From the NCBI GenBank assembly GCA_964016885.1, contig OZ024761.1, positions 19,096,001 through 19,160,000 of the forward strand: a stretch of 64,000 bases of DNA, given 5' to 3'. Shown here one piece after another: positions 1 through 14,464 of the stretch. Made by a program: the position numbers and the translations under genes. This DNA is from Eledone cirrhosa (Eukaryota). Below the pieces are notes generated by a model, which worked only from the letters and a program-made list of their open reading frames with translations, was not told where the DNA came from and made no database searches. Every line of letters begins with the position of its first letter. The stretch's first letter is position 1.

Positions 1-43
1 GCTAAAAGTTCAGCTAAATTATACGGGGTTCAGCTGAAAAGTT

Positions 44-335
44 CATAGTCTGACCAAGATACTCTCATGGAATCACCAAATGTGGTTTATTTTTCAACAT
101 ATTCCCTGGAAAAAAATCAATCCAGTTATTAATAAGAAGAGTTGGAATCAATGCATACAAGCTTTCACAGCTTTAGCATCACTCACTTATAGGCTGACCA
201 AGGCACACTCATGGAATCAAATGAGATTTATTTTCAACACATTCCTGGCAAAAATCAATCCAGTTATTAATAAGAATAGTTGAAATTAATTCATGTATAT
301 AAGATTTCACAGCTCTGGCATCACTCCTTCATAGT
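44..335. repeat. Diverged direct tandem duplication, ~145 bp x2
   Basis: TGACCAAG..CTCATGGAATCA..AAAATCAATCCAGTTATTAATAAGAA occurs at ~51 and ~196. Confidence 0.85.
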
Positions 336-555
336 CAGCCTATGAACCTATCAGTCGACCCTCGTATTGATTTGAACGATTGACTGGGAGAGCGGGAAGA
401 TGAAATAGGAAGAAGACAGAGGGAAGGGAGAGAGATAGAAATATATTTGAATGAAATCAGTTTAGTTTTATTTTCTGTGAAGACTCGAAGTAGTCGGTGG
501 AACTTTATATATTCCACTTTTAGCGTTTTCTGTTTTCTTTTGTATATAATTTACT

Positions 556-1300
556 TACAACACATACCAGAACTACATACTACACAACACATACCACAAC
601 TACATACTACACAACACATACCACAACTACATACTACACAACACATACCACAACTACATACTACACAACACATACCACAACTACATACTACACAACACAT
701 ACCACAACTACATACTACACAACACATACCACAACTACATACTACACAACACATACCACAACTACATACTACACAACACATACCACAACTACATACTACA
801 CAACACATACCAGAACTACATACTACACAACACATACCAGAACTACATACTACACAACACATACCACAACTACATACTACATAACACATACCATAACTAC
901 ATACTACACAACACATACCACAAATACATACTACACAACACATACCTCAACTACATACTACACAACACATACCACAACTACATACTACACAACACATACT
1001 TGAACTAAATACTACACAACACATACCACAACTACATACTACACAACACATACCAGAACTACATACTACACAACACATACCACAACTACATACTACACAA
1101 CACATACCAGAACTACATACTACACAACACATACCACAACTACATACTACACAACACATACCAGAACTACGTACTACACAACACATACCACAACTACATA
1201 CTACATAACACATACCACAACTACATACTACATAACACATACCAGAACTACATACTACATAACACAACTACATACTACACAACATATACCATAACAACAC
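556..1300. repeat. 27-bp minisatellite decaying into ACAAC-rich repeat (to ~1680)
   Basis: Unit CACAACACATACCACAACTACATACTA in tandem; source of the spurious HTTQHIPQL ORF. Confidence 0.97.
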
Positions 1301-1839
1301 ATACCATAACTTCACACAACAGTACACAACACACAACAGTACACAACACAACACACTACATCACAACACACTACCTGACTACACAACACACTACATCACA
1401 CTGCACAACAACACAACACACAACAAAACAACACACTACATCACAACACACTACAACACAACACACTACATCACAACACACTACAACACAACACACTACA
1501 TCACATCACTACAACACACTACATCACATCACAACACAACACATCACACTACAACACAACACACTACATCACATCACAACACACTACAACACAACACAAC
1601 ACACTACAACACAACACACTACATCACATCACTACAACACAACACACTACATCACATCACAACACAACACACCACACTACAGAAATAAACAAACATGACC
1701 CCCCCCCCCTCCAACATTCCTCTCTTCCTCCCATTGTTATACATTATCAAACAACACTACCTCAAGGCTAAGTACTCACTCACCTCCTCCTCCTTCACTG
1801 AGTTTGTTACTTCCTCTTACTACCTCACCATTCATACTT

Positions 1840-1913
1840 CTATCTATGTATCTATCTAACTCTCTCTCTATCTAACTCACTCTCTATCTATCTAACTCAC
1901 TCTCTATCTATAT

Positions 1914-1962
<49 letters not shown>

Positions 1963-3425
1963 CTATCTATATCTATCAATCTAACTCACTCTCTATCTAT
2001 CTTCTCTCTCTCTCTCTCTATCTAGCTATCTATCAATCTAACTCTCTCTCGCTCTCTATCTATCTATCTATCTATCTCTCTCTCTCTATCTATCTGTCAT
2101 CTAACTCTCTCTCTCTTTATCTACCTCTCTATCTATCTACCTCTCTATCTATCTACCTCTCTATCTATCTATCTACCTCTCTCTTTCTCTCTCCTTCCTC
2201 CTCCTTCAGTGTATTTATTACTTAATCTCGGTTCACCCCCCCCCCCCCACACACACACACATCAGTCATACTTCTCTCCTCCTCCCATCACTCACTACTA
2301 CTACTACTACTACTCACAAAACTTCGTCCCTGTTCATTATTAACACATCTCACAACTTCTAATATCCATCACTACTACCACCATAACCACCAGCACCAGC
2401 ACCAGCACCACTGCCAATACCATCACTTCTAGCGTAACATTCCCCACCATCACTATCACCACCACCATCACTATCGTAACCACCACCACCACCATCATCA
2501 TCACTATCGTAACCACTACCACCACCATCATCATCACTATATTACCCACCATCACCACCACCACCACCACCACCATCATCACTATCATAACCACCACCAC
2601 CACCACCATCATCACTATCGTAACCACCATCATCATCACTATCGTAACCACCACCACCACCACCACCATCATCACTATCGTAACCACCACCACCATCATC
2701 ACTATCATAACCACCACCACTATCATAACCACCACCACCACCATCATCACTATCATCACTACTAATTACTATCATAACAACAACAGCCACTACCACCACC
2801 ACCACCACCACCACTATCACTGCCAATAACACCACTACCACCACCACCATCGTAACCACCACCACCACCACCCACTTCTATCGTAACCTTCCCACGCCAT
2901 CACGACAATAACCACCGCCACCGCCACCATTCCTATTATGACCACCACCAGCACTATCAGTACCCCCGCCACCACCACCACCAGCACTATCAGTGCCCCC
3001 CCCCCCCACCACCACCACCACCACTCCGCTATCGTAACCACTATCCCTAACATAACCCCACCACCACCACCATAGCTCCCTCACCCTCCCTCCCTCTCTA
3101 CAAATATATTACACACAATCTCCCCTATCTGTATATTAATGAGACACACACACATACACACATTCACACACACATACACACACATTCGCACACTAACACA
3201 CACTAACACACTAACACATACACACATACACATTCACACACTAACACACATACACACATTCACACAATAACACACATACACACGCACTAACACATACACA
3301 CACACTAACACTAACACACATACACACACACACACACTAACACACATCACACACGTACTAACACACATTAATACACCCTCTATCCCACATACACACCCAC
3401 ACACTCTCGAGTATGTATGTGCATA

Positions 3426-3458
<33 letters not shown>

Positions 3459-3595
3459 ATCTATTAATGTGTGTGCATGTGGGTGTATATTGTACGTGCC
3501 TTAGTATGTGTGATCGTGATCGTGTGTATGTATGTATATGCGAATGTGTGGCAGTGTATATGTACGTGTGTGTATGTATCAGTATATGAGTATGC

Positions 3596-3660
<65 letters not shown>

Positions 3661-3796
3661 AGTATGCATGTCAATGTATGCATATATATACATGTGTGTG
3701 TGTGTGCGTGTGTACATATATATATATATCCATGCGTGAGCCTAACATAACTGTATTTTGCATTCCTGTGTGTTGTTTTGTTACTTTAATTAACTA

Positions 3797-3876
<80 letters not shown>

Positions 3877-3969
3877 AAACTCTACGATTGTTTCTGTACA
3901 ATTGTATATACGTGTATGTGTATGTATATATGAGTGTTTGTGTAATCTTTACGGTTGTTTTTGTTAAGT

Positions 3970-4026
<57 letters not shown>

Positions 4027-4170
4027 GTATGTATATATAAACTCTACGGTTGTTTCTGTTCAGTTGTATATATGTATATATAAACTCTACGGTTGTTTCT
4101 GTTCAGTTTTGTGTGAATGTATACATGTGTATACATGTGTATATATAATCTGTACGGTTGTTTCTATACA
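1840..4170. repeat. Microsatellite block: (TCTA)n/(CT)n, (ACC/ATC)n, (CA)n, (TG)n, (TA)n
   Basis: Direct reading. Confidence 0.95.
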
Positions 4171-4353
4171 ATTGTATCATTAACTGTCTATTATGATATC
4201 TGTCCATCATTCTGTAATAGAAGCTGGTGGATGGGGGGGGGGGGTGGGGGGGGGGGGGGGGGGGGGCGACCGACTAACGGAAGGGCAAAGTATTAAGTGT
4301 TTCACGCTGTTCCCTCTAGCTGATTGGCTCGGTTCCAGCCGGTTTGGCACTGA

Positions 4354-4442
4354 AGGCGCCTGACTTAGTGGTTGGGGGGTGTTGTATTCCTGATCGTAAA
4401 GGTCGCAGGTTCGATTCCGCGGACGGACCAAGCAGTGTGTCC
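4354..4442 (+). mobile_element. tRNA-derived SINE head fragment
   Basis: A-box-like TGACTTAGTGG and B-box GGTTCGATTCC; no complete cloverleaf. Confidence 0.65.
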
Positions 4443-4959
4443 ATTACTCTGTGTGTGTGTGTGTGAGTGTGTGTGTGTGTGTGAGTGTGTGTGTGTGTGA
4501 GGTTCTATCATTAGCTGAAACCTGTATTATCGATGAAACACCCAACGTAGTAGTAGTAGTAGTAGTAGGTAGTAGTATTAGTAGTAGTAGTAGTAGTAAT
4601 AGTAGTAGTAGTAAAGAAAAGAAAAATTCATAAATCTAACATATACCAGCACCCATAGTCACACCAGCCCTGCCCTAAGCCCGACTACCCAATCCCTACC
4701 CCCGGAGACTTCTAATCTTGAAGTGCCATCAGTTCAATAACTGGTTTCCTTGCTACCCTCACTCTTTACTGTTTTATATATCTCCAACATCAGTAAAATA
4801 GAGTTTAATGAGAGACCGACCGACTGAAGACGCCATAGTTCATTTGGGGAGGGGGGGGGGTAGTTTAAAGCCCCACCCCCTCTTTTTTTTCATACCAAAC
4901 TTGCCTGGGACCGACCCTGGTTCTACGACACCACACTTTTTATAAGGTTTATATTGATC

Positions 4960-6005
4960 TAAAATGGCGGAAAATTGACAGAGTCGTTAGAACGTCAGAT
5001 AGAATACCTCGTGGTATTCCTTTCAGCTCTCTACTCTTTCAGTTCAAATCCCGCCGAGGTCAATTTTACTTTTCATCCATTCGAGGTCAATAAAAAAAGT
5101 ACCAGGTACCAGTCAAGTACTGGGGTCGATTCCATTAAACTCTTAATTTCTCACTCTATCCTTTTCTGTAAGAAATCTGCTGTATTCCATTAAACTCTTA
5201 ATCTCTCACTCTATCCTTTTCTGTAAGAAATCTGCTGTATTCCATTAAACTCTTAATCTCTCACTCTATCCTTTTCTGTAAGAAATCTGCTGTATTCCAT
5301 TAAACTCTTAATCTCTCACTCTATCCTTTTCTGTAAGAAATCTGCTGTATTCCATTAAACTCTTAATCTCTCACTCTATCCTTTTCTGTAAGAAATCTGC
5401 TGTATTCCATTAAACTCTTAATCTCTCACTCTATCCTTTTCTGTAAGAAATCTGCTGTATTCCATTAAACTCTTAATCTCTCACTCTATCCTTTTCTGTA
5501 AGAAATCTGCTGTATTCCATTAAACTCTTAATCTCTCACTCTATCCTTTTCTGTAAGAAATCTGCTGTATTCAGACCTGGAGGGGGATGGGCTCTGTCAG
5601 GTTTTTAAAATACCTAAGAAACGTTGTGTATCAATACAGAGCCCCTACGACTCCCCAAGGAGTTACGGGACCATCTATACATGCCTTGATCTAAAAAGGC
5701 AGCGAATTGACAGAGCCGTTAGGACATCAGATAGAATACTTTGCTGTGTTCGTTTCGACTCTCTGCTCGCTAAGTTCAAATCCCACTGAGGTCAACTTTG
5801 CCTTTCATCCATCCAAGGTCGATAAAAATAAGTACCAGTCAAGTACTGGGGTCGATTCTTCCTTTATATCTCTTTGTCGCTTCCATTCTCTCACACTTCC
5901 TCTACTCCTCTACTCCTCTACCTGAAAGAAATATGCTGTATTCAGGCCTAGAGAGGAGATTGGCTCACCCAGGTCGATAAATAAAGTACCAGTTTAGTAC
6001 TAGCA
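4960..6005 (+). mobile_element. Tandem tRNA-derived SINE copies with shared 3' extension
   Basis: B-box GTTCAAATCCC followed by the GAGGTCAACTTTGCCTTTCATCC..GGTCGATAAA..AAGTACCAG body at ~5042 and ~5774; body resembles the Meta/MESC SINE domain from memory. Confidence 0.85.
5129..5571. repeat. 55-bp minisatellite, 8 near-identical copies inside SINE tail
   Basis: TCCATTAAACTCTTAATCTC... at 5131, 5186, 5241, 5296, 5351, 5406, 5461, 5516. Confidence 0.97.
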
Positions 6006-6025
6006 TCAACAAAGATACACACACA

Positions 6026-6075
<50 letters not shown>

Positions 6076-6078
<3 letters not shown>

Positions 6079-6391
6079 ATATAGAAGAGCTTCTACACGA
6101 CTAGAACTGTTTCATTTGTGAGAAATTTCTCACGAATGAAACAGTTCTAGTCCTGTAGAAGCTCTTCTATATTAAAACTTTGATACTCTGCTATGTATTG
6201 AGTACCTTACTTACTGTAGTTACCCCCGATTGAACCCGGGATAAACATATATATATATATGTGTGTGTTGTTCCGGGTTCAGTCGGGGGTAACTACAGTA
6301 AGTAAGGTACTCAATACATAGCAGAGTATAAATGTTTTCTGGTGATTTCTCACGAATGAAACAGTTCTAGACCTGTAGAAGCTCTTCTATA

Positions 6392-6394
<3 letters not shown>
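6076..6394. mobile_element. Double fold-back element with hammerhead-like core (family E) in (TA)n
   Basis: Inverted arms 6076-6122/6125-6174 and ~6183-6240/~6271-6329; CTGGTGA-TTTCTCACGAAT-GAAAC at 6339; GAAAC-AGTTCTA-GTC at 6138; 5' strand of stem I missing. Confidence 0.65.
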
Positions 6395-6430
<36 letters not shown>

Positions 6431-6484
6431 TGTGTGTGTGTGCGTGTTTGCATACAAACGCACACATATATACACACAAAAGCA

Positions 6485-6541
<57 letters not shown>

Positions 6542-6804
6542 TATGAGAGAGAGATAAACATAGAAAGTGACACACAGAACACACACATACATACGCACTC
6601 ACATACATACATACACACTCACACATATACCCACATAGATTTACATACACACACGCGCGCGTACACAGTAATAATCCTTTTGAAATTAGAGATAAGTTTG
6701 TAGATTATATTGATAGGAAGTTTAGATTTGGCGGGACAGGAACTTATTTATATTTAGACCCTAGGAACTATAAAGTAAGAATGGCTTTATGGTATATATA
6801 TGTA

Positions 6805-6854
<50 letters not shown>

Positions 6855-7199
6855 AAAGAAGATATAGAAATTTGAAGAAGACCAGATGAAAAGATTTCTT
6901 CCCGGAATATTTTGTGAATGAGATAAACATTGGCTGATAACTACTGAGAAAAAGGGTCCTGGTTGTTGTTGTTGTTGTGTGTGGGGTGGGGCTCTTTGTT
7001 TGTTTGTTTGTTTGTTGTTGTTTTTTTGCTTTTTTTGTCTTTTTTTTTTACACAGGACAGCAAGGGTGGAATTTGTTTTTTGTTGTTTTGTGTTATGCTT
7101 CAACCAAAGAGTACTATGAGTCATGTTGTTAGTGTTACTGCTAATTAGAACCATAGTACCATGTATTAGAACCATAGTACCATTCCAGCCCGTCAATCT

Positions 7200-8250
7200 C
7201 GCACTATATGGTACTTTTAGCTTTTAAAAATGTTTATCAACTCCCCAAAGAATGAAAGGCTTAGATGAACACGGCGGGATTTGAACTTAAAGAGTGCAAA
7301 GAGCCTCAAAGCACCCTATCCAATGTTATAACGACTCTGTCAGTTCGCCTCTTTGGCAAGACATGGTCCCGTAACTCCCGAGGAAATAGTAGGTGGACCG
7401 CATTGACATATGGTGTTTCTAGGGTATTTTAAAACCTAGCGGAGTCCAATCTTCTATAGATCTGAATATAGCAGATGTCTGAATACAGTAGAGAAGAAGA
7501 ATCGACCCCCAATACTTGACTGGTACTTTTTATTATCGACCTGAAATGGATGAAAGGTAAAGTTGATCTCGGCGGGATTTGAACTTAGAGAGCAGAAAGA
7601 GCCGGAACGAATCTCCGCAAAACACTCTATCCAACGTTCTGATAACTCTACTAATTCACCACCTTGGCATGGCGTGGTACCCTAACTCTTGAAGGAGTCA
7701 TAGGGGCACCGTACTCACATTTTTAAACCTGGTAGTGCCCAATCCTCTCCACGACTGAATATAGCAGATTTCTTCCAGGGAAAGATAGAAGGTGAGAGAG
7801 GGGAAGTGAGAAAGAGATATAGAGGAAGAATCGGCCCAGTACTTGACTGGTACTTTTTTGATCGACCCCGTAAGAATGAAAGGTAAACTTGACCTCGACG
7901 GGATTTGAACTGAGAAAGAAAAAAGCCGAAACGAATACCACAAACCACTATCTGACGTTCTAACGCCTCCATCAATTCACCACCTTGGCATGTCATGATA
8001 CTGCAACTCCTGAAGGGGTCTTAGGAGCGCCATACTGACATTTTAAAACCATGGCGAAGCCCAATCCTCTCCAGGTCTGAATACGGCATATTTCTTCCAG
8101 AGAAGTAGAGAGAGAGAGTGAGAGAATGGATGGGTAAAAGACAAAGTTGTCCTCAGCGGGATTTGAACTGAGAAAGCTTATAGCTGAAACGAATACCACA
8201 AAGTATTCTATCTGACGCACTAGCGATTCTGTCAGTCTATAGCCCCAGTA
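7200..8250 (-). mobile_element. Array of ~4 SINE+spacer units (~300-330 bp), opposite orientation to 4960-6005
   Basis: GGGATTTGAAC at ~7276, 7575, 7900, 8158; spacer GAATATAGCAGAT is the reverse complement of the 5560-5600 tail. Confidence 0.85.
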
Positions 8251-8749
8251 ATGTGTATACAATACAGGTCATGGCAGGTCAGGCATAGACATCTTCGGGT
8301 TACCTCCATATCGACTTACGACCCGTTCATTGAAACGGAATATGGTCATGAATGGGGAAAAAAAAAGAAAAAATATAAATATATAAATATATATGTGTGT
8401 GTACGTGTGCGTGTGTGGAACAATGAAAAAAAAAAAACTACTGGTCACACCGCCTAATCTTGCTACAACTATCTTTCCAAGGACACATTCAGTTCTAACA
8501 AGGTTATCAGCCCCGCCACCACCATGTGGAATACGATATATATATATATATAGCATGACATCATTGTGATCAACGTAATTATTATCATCATCATCAATAA
8601 CATTAGTTTTGTTATTTTATCGTTTAGTCAGAGACTACTCCCCTTTTTTTCAAGACCTCCAACACTGGAGAGAAAGAAACGGAGAGAGTATCTCCAAATC
8701 AGTGAGTAGGACTAGATACTTCCAACAGAGACACTAAAGTCACCTATGG

Positions 8750-9275
8750 GCCTTCTGGTGGTGTTTAAGGGAGTATACTCTACAATAGGCGCACATGGGG
8801 CATGTAGTGGTGGTGTTTAACACAGGGATCGTGGCTAAGGGCCATGTGGTGGTGGTGGTCGTCGTCGTTGTATTTAACAGAGTTAGTCTCACGCAAGGGG
8901 CATGTTGTGGTGGTGTGAAAGATGAAGGATTCCACTTAAGTCACCCAGGGGCCATGTGAAAGTGGCGGCGGTGGTGTTTAATACAGGGGACTAACTCTAC
9001 AATAAGTGCACAAGGGCCTGGTTATAATGGTGTTTAACACAGGGGGCGCGAATAACGGCCTCTAAGGGTCAGGTGGTGGTGACTGTGGTGGGGTTTGATA
9101 CAGGGAAGTCCACTACCGGCCTCTAAGGGTCAGGTGGTGGTGGTGGTGGGGTTTAACACAGGGAACTCCACTAAGCGCCTCTAAGGTCCAGGAGACGGTG
9201 GCGATGGTGAGGTTTAATACAGGGAACTCCACTAAGGGCGTCTGAGGCCAGGTGGCGGTGGCGGTGTTGTTAAAC
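8750..9275. repeat. Degenerate ~55-60 bp minisatellite
   Basis: Recurring GGTGGTG..TTTAACACAGGG..ACTAAGGG. Confidence 0.75.
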
Positions 9276-9880
9276 AGATGACGTATTAGGATGTCTATCA
9301 CCGAAATAGGCCACAAGGGGATTTCAACTCAACTCAAGGCAAGGCAAAATATCGGCACAAATACAGCAAGGTATCTCAACCGTCCCTTCTGCCCCTCGAC
9401 TGAGGTTTTATTTTAATCAACCTTTCGAAAAGGACGAAAGGCAAAGTTGCCCTTGGCAGGATTTGAACTCGGGGAGCAGAGAACCGAAATAAATACTACT
9501 CTATGGTATTGTCTAGAGCTAGTCAACATGGTAACCTCCACCAACAACAACAACAACAACAGCAGCAGCAGCAACAACCACCACCATCAATCATCATCAT
9601 CACCAACACCACCACCACCACAACCACTACTACCACCACTATTACCAACTCTAGCACTAGTACCACTACCATCACCTCCACCACCTCCACCACCAACAAC
9701 AACAACAGCAATAACATCACGACAACCAGCACCATCAATCATCATCATCACCACCACCATCACTACTAACACCATTACCACAACCATCATCACCAACACC
9801 ACCATCACCAGTACCATAACTGCCACAACCATCGCCAGAGACCTTCATTAAGCACCACGTACCCTTCACTAACATCGCCA

Positions 9881-9942
<62 letters not shown>

Positions 9943-10012
9943 AGATGGCGCGTGTATGTATATATATATATACATATATATACACGCGCCAACACACACA
10001 CACACACATATA

Positions 10013-10062
<50 letters not shown>

Positions 10063-10140
10063 TACACGTTCTCACACATACGCATCCACAAGCACGCACG
10101 CACTCAGCCGTGGCCAAACCCTTATGGAACTGGTTATCAG

Positions 10141-10183
<43 letters not shown>

Positions 10184-10249
10184 GGTTATCCGCCCCTGTC
10201 TGAGATCTGAGATGTGTTGTATCAGTTGACCGACAGAAACGAGAGATTG

Positions 10250-10347
10250 GAACACAGATATCTCGATATCTTGATTGTCATCTCTCTCTATATAACATTA
10301 CTGTTGACCCATACATACATACATACATACATACATACATACATACA

Positions 10348-10405
<58 letters not shown>

Positions 10406-10578
10406 CATACATACATATATACATATATATATATACATACATACATATATATACATACATATATACATACATATACATACACATATACATAGATACATAT
10501 ACATAGATACATATATACACATACATACAAACATACACACATATATATATATACAAACATACACACATATATATATAT

Positions 10579-10609
<31 letters not shown>

Positions 10610-10938
10610 CACATATACATACACATACATACACATACATACACACACACACACATATATACACATACATACATACATACACATACAAACATACACACAT
10701 ACATTCATACATACATACACACACACATACTACACCTTTCTCACATATATACACACACTCACAATCATACATAACCCCCCCCCCCCTCTACTACACACGA
10801 CATCCATCTCTATCACAGCATCCCTCTCTCTCTCTCCATCTCCCTCTCTCATTCTGCCCCCCCCCCTCTCCCTCGTAATCTTAAACACAGATATCTCAAT
10901 ATCTGATTGTCATCTCTCGCTATATAATATTACAGTTG

Positions 10939-11003
<65 letters not shown>

Positions 11004-11116
11004 CCAAACACACACTTACACATACTATCTCATTTACATACACACACACACACACACTTACATAACCACACACACACTTACTCCTACATACCCACATACA
11101 CACTTACACATACTAT

Positions 11117-11189
<73 letters not shown>

Positions 11190-11800
11190 CTACATACCCA
11201 AACACACACACATACTATCTTGCACACGCATACACACACTCCCTATTTCTCATACACACACACACACACACACACACCCTATTTCTCATACACACACACA
11301 CACGATCTCTCTTTCTCTCCGTCTCTCTTTCCCTCTGTCAACCCCATCTTCTCTCTCCCCCATCCCTTCTCTCTCTCTCTCTCTTTGTCTGTCTACCCCT
11401 TCACATCTCTAAGGGATTAGTGGTCATCCCTGTCTCAGCACAGCACCCCTATCTCTCTCCCTCTCTCCCTCCCCCTCTCCCTCCCCCCCCCTCTCTCTCT
11501 CTCTCTCTCAATATCATTCTATCCCTGTAATCTTAAACACAGATATCAATATCTGATTGTCATCTCTATATATATAATATTACTGTTGACCTTACACTAA
11601 TATATACTATACACACACACACACACACGGCCTATCCACTTCTCTTTCTCCCACAGTTTTCTCTCACTCTCTCTCTCCCCTTCTATATATATCTCTCTCT
11701 CTCACTTTCACATACCATGTCTCTCTCCCATTCTGTCCCCAAATCTCTAATCTTAATCACAGATAATGTTTGATTTTCATCTCTATCCTACATATGACCT
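10250..11800. repeat. Higher-order repeat: ~65-bp anchor x4 separated by variable microsatellites
   Basis: ACACAGATATCTC-ATATC-TGATTGTCATCTCT..ATATTAC-GTTGACC at ~10252, 10885, 11537, 11758 (last one diverged). Confidence 0.8.
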
Positions 11801-11965
11801 CACACCAACACACACCATCTCTCTCTCTCTCTCTCACACACACACCAACACACACCATCTCTTTCTCTCTCTCTCACACACACACACTCACACCAACACA
11901 CACCATCTCTCTCTCTCTCACACACACACACCATCTCTTTCTCTCTCTCTCTCTCTCACACACAC

Positions 11966-12009
<44 letters not shown>

Positions 12010-12051
12010 ACTCACTCACACACACACACACACCATCGCCCTGTTATTATT

Positions 12052-12195
12052 AGGGCGATGGATTGGCAGAATCGGTAGAGCGTCAGAGATCATGCTTCGC
12101 AGCATATAGTTATGGCCCTTTACATTCTGTGTTCAAATCCCACCGAGGTTAGCATTGCCTTTCATCCTTATGAGGTCGATAAATAAAGTACTTAA
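12052..12195 (+). mobile_element. tRNA-derived SINE
   Basis: TGGCAGAATCGG A-box, GTTCAAATCCC B-box, GCCTTTCATCC body. Confidence 0.85.
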
Positions 12196-12354
12196 AGTTC
12201 GATTTCTCAATATTGTATCGATTCTGTCTGCAATGAATTAATTCGACTGTTTTTGCTGATTGGAACTACTTGTTACTTTGTTGGCATAACTTTGACAGAA
12301 AGGAAAAGAATGACTTCACTTGTAGTGTTAAATAATTTGATTTAATTTTATAAT

Positions 12355-12540
12355 ATTGTTTCTACTTTTGGCACAAGGCCAGCAATTACCCCAGTACATT
12401 ACTGGTAGTTTATTTTATCGACCCCGTATGGATGAAAGGCAAAGTTAACCTCGGCTGGATTTGAACTCAGACCGTAAAGGGACGTAACTATGCTGGAAAG
12501 CATGGCGTCCGACTCTCTACCGATACTGCCAATCCACCGC
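12355..12540 (-). mobile_element. Full-length tRNA-derived SINE
   Basis: Reverse complement of GCGGTGGATTGGCAG...GGCCTTGTGCCAAAAGTAGAAACAAT. Confidence 0.9.
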
Positions 12541-12839
12541 AATTAAAATAAAATAAAATAATTTGATTTAATTTTATTTTAATTTTATTATAATTATTTT
12601 AATTTTATTATAATTTTATTTTTATTTTATTATAATATTATAAAATTAAATAATTTGATTTAATTTTATAATATTATATTATAAAATTAAATCAACTTAT
12701 TTAACACTAGTAAAGTCATTCTTTTCCTTTTTTTCAAATATACCTAACTCTACCAAGGATCTCTAACATTTTCCAATATATAATATATATATAGAGAGAG
12801 AGGGGGGGAGAGATAAATATAGATTAACATACATTATAT

Positions 12840-13030
12840 AATTGTTTCTACTTTAGGCACAAGGCCAGCAATTACCCAGTGCATTACTGGTACTTTATTT
12901 TTATCGACCCCGTAAGGATGAAAGGTAAAGTCAACCCCGGCGGGATTTGAACTCAGACCGTAAAGGGACGTAACTATGCTGGAAAGCATGGCGTCCGACC
13001 CTCTACCGATACTGCCAATCCACCGCCCTT
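12840..13030 (-). mobile_element. Full-length tRNA-derived SINE, followed by an inverted copy of its 3' tail (13043-13095)
   Basis: Near-identical to 12355-12540 and 16660-16845. Confidence 0.9.
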
Positions 13031-13446
13031 ACATAAATTATATAATGCACTGGGATAATTGCTGGCCTTGTGCCAAAAAGTAGAAACAATTATATATATG
13101 TATATAGATACAAAAAACTGTGCTACACATGTATGAATTAGTTTACAATAGATATATGGGTGAGTAGATATGTAGGTGGGTGGGTGGGTAGGTAGGTAGG
13201 TATGTGGGGGGTAGGTAGAGGGTAGATAGGTGGGTGGGCAGGTATGTTGATGTGATATGCATTAACTGGAAAGAATGTAACTAGGTAGGCAGGTAACGAC
13301 TTGAGCAGGTGATAGGTGAAAGGAGGTTAGAATGAGGGGCTGGGTAGAGGTGTAGAGGCAGGTAGATATAGTGGGAGGCGTGATGTAATATCTATTGAAT
13401 ACACCAGGGGTGTAGGTTCGTGTGTGTCTATCTATATATATATATA

Positions 13447-13625
13447 TAGGAACGAGTAGGACCCCGACGGCTGAGCTCAAGCCGTTTCGACGGCTAATTC
13501 CGTCGAAACGGCTTGAGCTCAGCCGTCGGGGTCCTACTCGTTCCTATTACCCACTCTACTACCCTAAGTATTGAGTACTTTGGTGCGTTATGGTCCACCT
13601 GGTTCCTTACCACATTTCCTCCGTT
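13447..13625 (+). mobile_element. Fold-back element with hammerhead 3' half (family D) in (TA)n
   Basis: ~45-bp near-perfect inverted arms around 13497; GAAAC-GGC-TTGAGCTCA-GCC-GTC at 13505; homologues at 14143, 19020, 28596, 32836. Confidence 0.75.
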
Positions 13626-13648
13626 ATATATATATATATATATATATT

Positions 13649-13945
13649 CTAGGGTGGGTAAAATTCCCGAGATCCATGGACGAGTTCTCTCCAGCGGCCT
13701 CTGTCCCTCATTATCTCTGCCATGTCCTGTGTCTCCAACAGACCAGTGTCTGTCCTTAGGGAATCAACATACGTTAACCTTGGTCTTCCTCTTCCAGTGT
13801 GTCCATGTAGGGGCTCCCACAGGATCACTGAGTGCAATGTCAACTCTGGATGTCGGTGAGCATGTCCAGCTAACCTCAGTCTCCTCTGTGTCACTTTTGA
13901 GCTGATTTTTGGGAGGCTCCTATACAGCTCTGAGTTCTTCATCCT
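13649..13945 (-). mobile_element. 5'-truncated RTE-type LINE, ORF C-terminus
   Basis: Translation RRLRLAGHAHRH..LWEP..GRGRPRLTYVD..MRDRGRWR matches the typical post-RT C-terminal motif of RTE-group LINEs; both flanks (TA)n. Confidence 0.85.
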
Positions 13946-13950
13946 CAGTG

Positions 13951-14009
<59 letters not shown>

Positions 14010-14109
14010 AACTAAATACAGTTGATGTTATTACATAATTGTATATACACACATATATGTATTATTTTCAACACACAAACACATAGAAACCCACACACCC
14101 ACACACACA

Positions 14110-14142
<33 letters not shown>

Positions 14143-14144
<2 letters not shown>

Positions 14145-14275
14145 CAAGATGGATACAGTAAGAAACTGGTTAGACGATTAGTCACCAGAGTACTCGATAT
14201 TTGTGGGTAGTAGAGTTTGGTTATAGGAATGAGTCAGGAGTCTGGCGGCTGAGCTCTTGCCGTTTCAACAGCTAG

Positions 14276-14279
<4 letters not shown>
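14143..14279 (-). mobile_element. Diverged family D element
   Basis: GGCGGCTGAGCTCTTGCCGTTTC and CAGAGTACTCGATA align with the 28596-28737 copy. Confidence 0.65.
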
Positions 14280-14351
<72 letters not shown>

Positions 14352-14369
14352 CACATATATATATATATA

Positions 14370-14417
<48 letters not shown>

Positions 14418-14464
14418 TATATATACAAAGAGAGAGTGAGTGAAAGTTAGTGAAAGAGAGAGTA

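Noticed and set aside
4354-4430. tRNA gene
   Set aside because: A/B boxes present but no acceptor-stem pairing; matches SINE heads elsewhere in the window
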